A DNA stretch of 53,291 nucleotides, the filler included, from Sphacelaria rigidula (Eukaryota): the NCBI GenBank assembly GCA_964200075.2. It is 4 parts of 4 records of this genome, joined end to end, with 100 filler letters (N's around TTAATTAATTAA, not from the genome) between each part and the next. Parts side by side here need not be neighbours in the genome. Positions count along the whole stretch, not along the records: positions 40,045 to 53,291 come from CAXNAA020003031.1; 3 more parts are not named here. One strand, 5' to 3'. The notes beneath the pieces are model-generated. The model was given only the letters and a program-made list of their open reading frames with translations. It searched no databases and was not told the origin of the DNA. Below, in pieces: positions 48,501 to 53,291 of this stretch. Every line of letters starts with the position of its first letter. Within the stretch, counting starts at the first letter, position 1. The position numbers and the translations under genes were made by a program.

Positions 48501-49607
48501 ACGTGGTATTTGTTATTCGCACGCTCGTATTTGCAAGGGACTGTTGCAAGTCGTTTTGTTATCGACCTCTTTGCCCCTTTGTGCAGGGCGAAAGGTTCAA
48601 CGAGTTCAAAAAAGACAACTTCTACCAGATTCAGTGGCGTCCGCGACCTGCTTCGCTGCTTTCCTCCGAAGAAAAGAGGAAAATCATCAAGAACCTGCGT
48701 AAGGTGGGTACTAGGATCGGAAAATGTAATCTACACCCTTTTGAACGTCGCGAAGATATCAGACTCACGTCAGAGTGTCTGCTCTTGAAGCGCCACGTCA
48801 TGACTCCTTGCCGCATAGGACGTCCCGGACTGTAAATGACGTGTTTTGTCTTGCGAGTGCTTTATTATCCCCATTTCTTTCCCCTGTCCGCATCGTGGAT
48901 GTTTTCATGATGTTTCCTACAGTATGAGAAGCGGTTCGAGAAAGACGACAAGGAGAAAGATCGCCGTAAGGCGCGGGAAGCCATGTCAGACAAGATCCGG
49001 ATGAAAATAGAATTCAGGCAGCAGGTGAGAGTGCGGCCTGTAGAGATCTGTTACCCAAGGCCAGTCAGCTACGCGGTAGCAGCTGTAGTTATTCACGTAT
49101 GCACCCCCTCCTGTCCGTGAAGAGCATCATCCCAGCTCCTCCCACATCCAGATAGCACACTCATGGAGTACACCGATCATACCCGCAGACCCGCTATCCA
49201 TCAATCAGCCGCGAATGCTCCTATTTCACGTTGTCCCGAGTACAGTCGTGTATCTGACCTAGGTAAAAGTGATGGCCAGAGTCTACAGGCTTGGTTTTCT
49301 GTTGCCCATCTAGTATTGCTGAAAGGGATACACCAAAGGTTGTCTACTTTCGTCTTCACTTGATGCGTTTGTTGATCGATATTAGCCTTATCTCACACTT
49401 CATGATGGAACGTACCGTGATTTCTTCTCATCGGATACACATTGCCATTCGCTCGTACAGATGGCGGAGATGAGGGCTCGTTTGGAGGGACGCAGGCAAG
49501 AGCTGGTGGAGCTGCGGAACGGATACGATTCGGATGACGAGTCTCACTATGTGGTGGACAGTAGAACCGCGGAGATTGTCTTGTCTGTGAAGGAAGTCAT
49601 CGTCTGA
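42553..49607 (+). CDS. EIF3B: Eukaryotic translation initiation factor 3 subunit B (PRT1), 15 exons, 697 aa
   Basis: Exons 42553-42705, 43316-43531, 43929-44099, 44389-44480, 44767-44893, 45054-45189, 45516-45637, 45755-45925, 46162-46221, 46850-47014, 47268-47411, 48163-48333, 48587-48703, 48923-49024, 49461-49607 (TGA). All GT-AG. RRM ([28 protein letters not shown]) plus propeller motifs [40 protein letters not shown]. Confidence 0.96.
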
Positions 49608-50619
49608 GGGGCGAAATTGCGTGGCCTGACTAGCAGTCCGTCGCGTTGCCCAACTTGGCCTCCTCGGGGAAGATTCCTCACCCGCGATACGCGGGACCGC
49701 TAGTGGTTTTGACCTGCCGATGAACTGATGGACATGAGTTTGGAACGCTCCTGTACAGCATCTGCTATGGAAACTACATGATTCACGATCGTTCAGTTCT
49801 GCCAAGAAATGCGAGCTCTCTCTGAATGCCACGACGCCGTCCTGGTTTTACTTTGCTGCAGCAAGAGAAAATCTGGTGTAGACGTGTCGAGGGCTGTCCA
49901 CCTCCTTGCGGAACCTGCGACCGTTGCGCTGGACAACAGCGATTGATATGAACCTTGAACACATCGTCAGCTCGGGAGAAACTACGGAAAGCTCTAGGTG
50001 TCCACTACAGTTCCATCTTCTCCCCAGCCGGCGTGTAAAGTGGCATATACGTGCTTGCGTCTTGGAACAAATCCGGGTACGAGGCCCACATACGGGGGCA
50101 AAAAATATGAGTGGCGAGGTTTCTCGACCAATCAGGGCTTTGAAGTATACAGGAATACGGCGACCTTTCACAGATCAGATGAGGGAAACGTGTGCCACAT
50201 AAGTGGCAACATCGCTTCGGTGGGCCCACACATTGCGCCGCTGGGAGACAAACAGCTGCTACGATCTGGGCAGGCCTAGACACAGACTTGAGCTCTCGAC
50301 CAATATCCCATCGACACAGACGAGTTCGGCCGTGATTCACATATCGTATCGATCGTCTGATCACAACGAAGGTGCCTATGTGCTCGGAACTCTGGGCCAA
50401 TTTTTTCTTCTTGTATAAACCGCATATCTAGTAATTCCTATACCGGACGGAGATAGCGCCCATACTGAAGTGTATATGGAACCCCGAACGACATATACCG
50501 CGGATTATCACGATTTTCGGTGTGGACATTCCGTGGAGCACGGAGAAACGATCGATACCCTTACCTTCGCCTTATTTATCTATCTCGAGATATCGCGCAC
50601 GCAATGTTCCATATTAATC

Positions 50620-50920
50620 TTTATTTTTATCTTTTGTCGCACTGTAGATCCCTGCCCTTCCTCGCAATCGCAGTCTCACGGGATCGCCCCATGTATCCCC
50701 GGTACAAGCCTTGCATTTTGGTCTCATGGATTGGGTCAGCACTCCCGCACCATGTCAACTCACGTCAAACAACCGCAGTCAACTCCCTTGTTTACTGACG
50801 CTCTCGAGCGTTTCAAGGTGACGATCAAATACTACGAGAAAAGAACCAACGCAGTGGGAATCGAACCCTCGTTCTCTTCACCCTTATAACGATAGTCAGA
50901 TCATCACACTACTGGGGCGC
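50620..50920 (-). mobile_element. SINE S1, diverged copy
   Basis: GGGAATCGAACCCTCGTTCTCT (B box, reverse complement), GGATTGGGTCAGCACTCCCGCACC body, GGGGCGC 5' end. Confidence 0.8.
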
Positions 50921-51644
50921 TGCGGCGTATTTGAATTAACATATCACGACCAGAGGCACTGAACGCACCAAATCTGGATATCGCGTCTCAGGTTTTGCGA
51001 GGCGTGTTTCTAAACTTCGCATGGAAAATCGCTAGTCCATTATCATGTGAAAATGATGAGCATTTTCGTATTTTTCGAGGGGAGTTTCAAGGAAAAACGG
51101 ATGTTGTTCCTCGACCTCATGTAATTTATTCAGCTCAATTTATAGAAATGTGACTAAAAACTTGGCACAGAGAATCAAAGAGGCAAGCTGAGGGAAAAAA
51201 TCGGCCTTCGTAATTCATTTTTAGACACGTATAGGCGTTCTCGTAAACTTTTGTCTCGACTGCAAAATAATATCCTGAACAAAAGAATGAAAAACTGGCC
51301 GTTCCCACTTTTCGGCTCTTCATGACCTAGCGAATTTTCAAACGAAATTTCAAACACAAATACTAAAACCGACTGAACCTGGGCTGGTAAATGGCCTGGA
51401 AATGTTGTTCAGAATTTCATCCGGGCCGGTTCCTCAATCGCCGCGGCTTCAATTTCGAGAGTTGGTATTTTAAGTTTGATACCGAAAATGAGTAGTGCAT
51501 AATAAAAAAAGTTACGTCAAAACGATATTTTTTCACGGTGAAGTGAATAGGGCGTTTTCCTGGTTGAGAACTACCGATTGTTGTTGCAGGCTTGTTCACG
51601 CATGTCACCCAAAAATTTATTGCCCTTCGCGATACCCTGTCGCC

Positions 51645-51955
51645 GCGCCCCGATGGTGAGATGGTCCGACTATCTCCATCAGGATGGAGAGAACGGGGGT
51701 TCGATCCCTGATTCGTTGAGGTTTTTTCTTCGTGAAATAATGTACGATTTCCACCGTGGAAAGCGTGAGAACGTGTGTAAACAAGGTAGTCGACTGGATC
51801 TGTGTGAGGTGAATTAACTTGGTGCGGGAGTGTTGACCCAATCCGCGAGGCCAAAATGAAAGGCATTTACTGGGGGAGACATGGGTTGATCCCTTGACAC
51901 CACGGACTCATCCCGAGGAAGGGGAGGGGTTCAAAGTGTGATGAAAAGAAAAAAA
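51645..51955 (+). mobile_element. SINE S1, full length
   Basis: GCGCCCCGATGGTGAGATGG...GGGTTCGATCCC head. Tail GGGGTTCAAAGTGTGATGAAAAGAAAAAAA. Confidence 0.85.
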
Positions 51956-51984
51956 CTACCCAACAGTCGCATACATGACAACAC

Positions 51985-52285
51985 ACTGACCGCCATGAGC
52001 AGCTGAAGAGCGTGACATAGCCGGATTTGTGTGTAGGGCCATTATGGTGACGCTAAGGGCGAAAAGGTATATCGACCAATCAGCGCCTGTCAATTTGTTC
52101 CGAGATTGACATTACGAATTCTAAGCCCAATTTTCACCCAATCTCCACATGCTTCAAATGGTGAGTTGTAACCGTCACCGACTCGGGAACCTAACGGGGA
52201 AAAACCACTTTAAAACGGTTACAACGGGCGTCGAGTTATATCCCGAACCGTGATGTTTCGATGATGTCGGGTGTTGGCGTCGATA
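51985..52285. repeat. Dispersed repeat, likely a TE end; other copy at ~14955-15250
   Basis: Shared ACTGACCGC, CATAGCCGGATTT, TCGACCAATCAGCGCC, ACGAATT..AAGCCCAATTTTCACC and AACCGTGATGTTTCG. Confidence 0.75.
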
Positions 52286-53291
52286 TTTTTCTTCATTTTT
52301 TCACGAACGAGCTGTCGCCGCATAACCCAAGAGAGGGCCCCACAAACTTTCGTCGCAAAACTGGATCAACTGATACTTGAATTTTCATGATCACGTGAAA
52401 GAAGGCCCAAAAACGCCGTTTTCTTACTAGAATAAACTACTAAACTACTGTTGCAGTTTGCGGTTTCACCGCGGCCGTCAAAATTCATCACACAAAAGCG
52501 AAAAACCCCACGCCATTTTCAGGAGTTGGGCCCTGAAATTTTGCACAACTGTGCTATGGATCATTACGCAAGTTCGGATGAACGATTTTTTTCTAGTTTT
52601 TATTCTTTACCGTTTAACGGGGGTTCGATTGGATCGATGTTTCCCCGAAAAAACTGGGACCCCTCAAAAACGGTCAAAAAGTCAAGAAGTCGAAAAACCT
52701 CGACCTTCGAAAGTTGCGTAATGCCCCATTGAATAATACCCATGCAAGCGTTTTGGGTCCAACTGCTCGAAACGGCGTGAGGTATTGCCGATGAGAGTTT
52801 TTTGGGTGATAGGCCTGAACCGCCTGTGATTGATTATAACTTCAAGATGAAGTATTTTTTCGAGTGAACACGCGAAAAATTATGATCGCGGTTTATTAGG
52901 AGAGCTGTGAACTGGCTGCTCTGCCCAGTCAAGTTTAAACTGGCCGCGCCAGTACTTCGATTGTTTTCCAGTTAGTCGGCAGCCGATTAACTGGAAAACA
53001 ATTGGCGGCGAGCGGCGAAGGCCCCCATGGCTGGTGAGGAGCGGGCCCCGCGGGAGCGTCGCCGGATGCGGAAAAAATTGCGTTATTTGGCTTGTTTTCC
53101 ACTCAAAAATGTGGAAATTTGTAGAAAATGTGACCCCTCACATTGAGGAGCTAAAAGTCTTGGATGACACAGGAGTGCCCAAAACAAAACCTCCGAGACC
53201 CTATGTACCCTCCCCCCCCCCCCCCCCCCTCCCCCCGCCTCTCCCATCGGACACGTCGTCACAAGGAACACAGATAAAAGCAGCCAAATAA

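Noticed and set aside
53034..53291. Proline-rich terminal ORF
   Set aside because: Driven by a poly-C run at the contig edge; no domain evidence.

Overview
Intron-rich eukaryotic nuclear DNA, most likely a brown alga (Phaeophyceae), judged from a stramenopile-type 5S rRNA, short exons with long introns, and flagellar genes. The window is not one locus. It is four unrelated, size-sorted contigs (1-13248, 13349-26596, 26697-39944, 40045-53291; 13248/13248/13248/13247 bp) joined by identical artificial 100-bp spacers (N44-TTAATTAATTAA-N44). Contig 1 holds the 3' 12 exons of the radial-spoke WD40 gene CFAP251/WDR66 (minus strand) and a dead LINE fragment. Contig 2 is repeat-rich, with nested MITEs, SINEs, two amidohydrolase_2-like exons and one orphan exon. 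Contig 3 holds the first exon of a CDC14 phosphatase, a complete 7-exon mitochondrial ATP synthase subunit b gene (both minus) and a 523-bp foldback MITE. Contig 4 holds a full-length 5S rRNA copy joined directly to a tRNA-derived SINE and a complete 15-exon eIF3b gene (plus). I found no convincing novel multi-gene system. The best leads are the 5S-rRNA/tRNA-SINE chimera, an 8-bp-TSD MITE family growing internal 82-bp tandem arrays, an unclassified 4-bp-TSD foldback family, and SINE head multiplication or swapping. All gene models and family calls were made by eye, without database searches.
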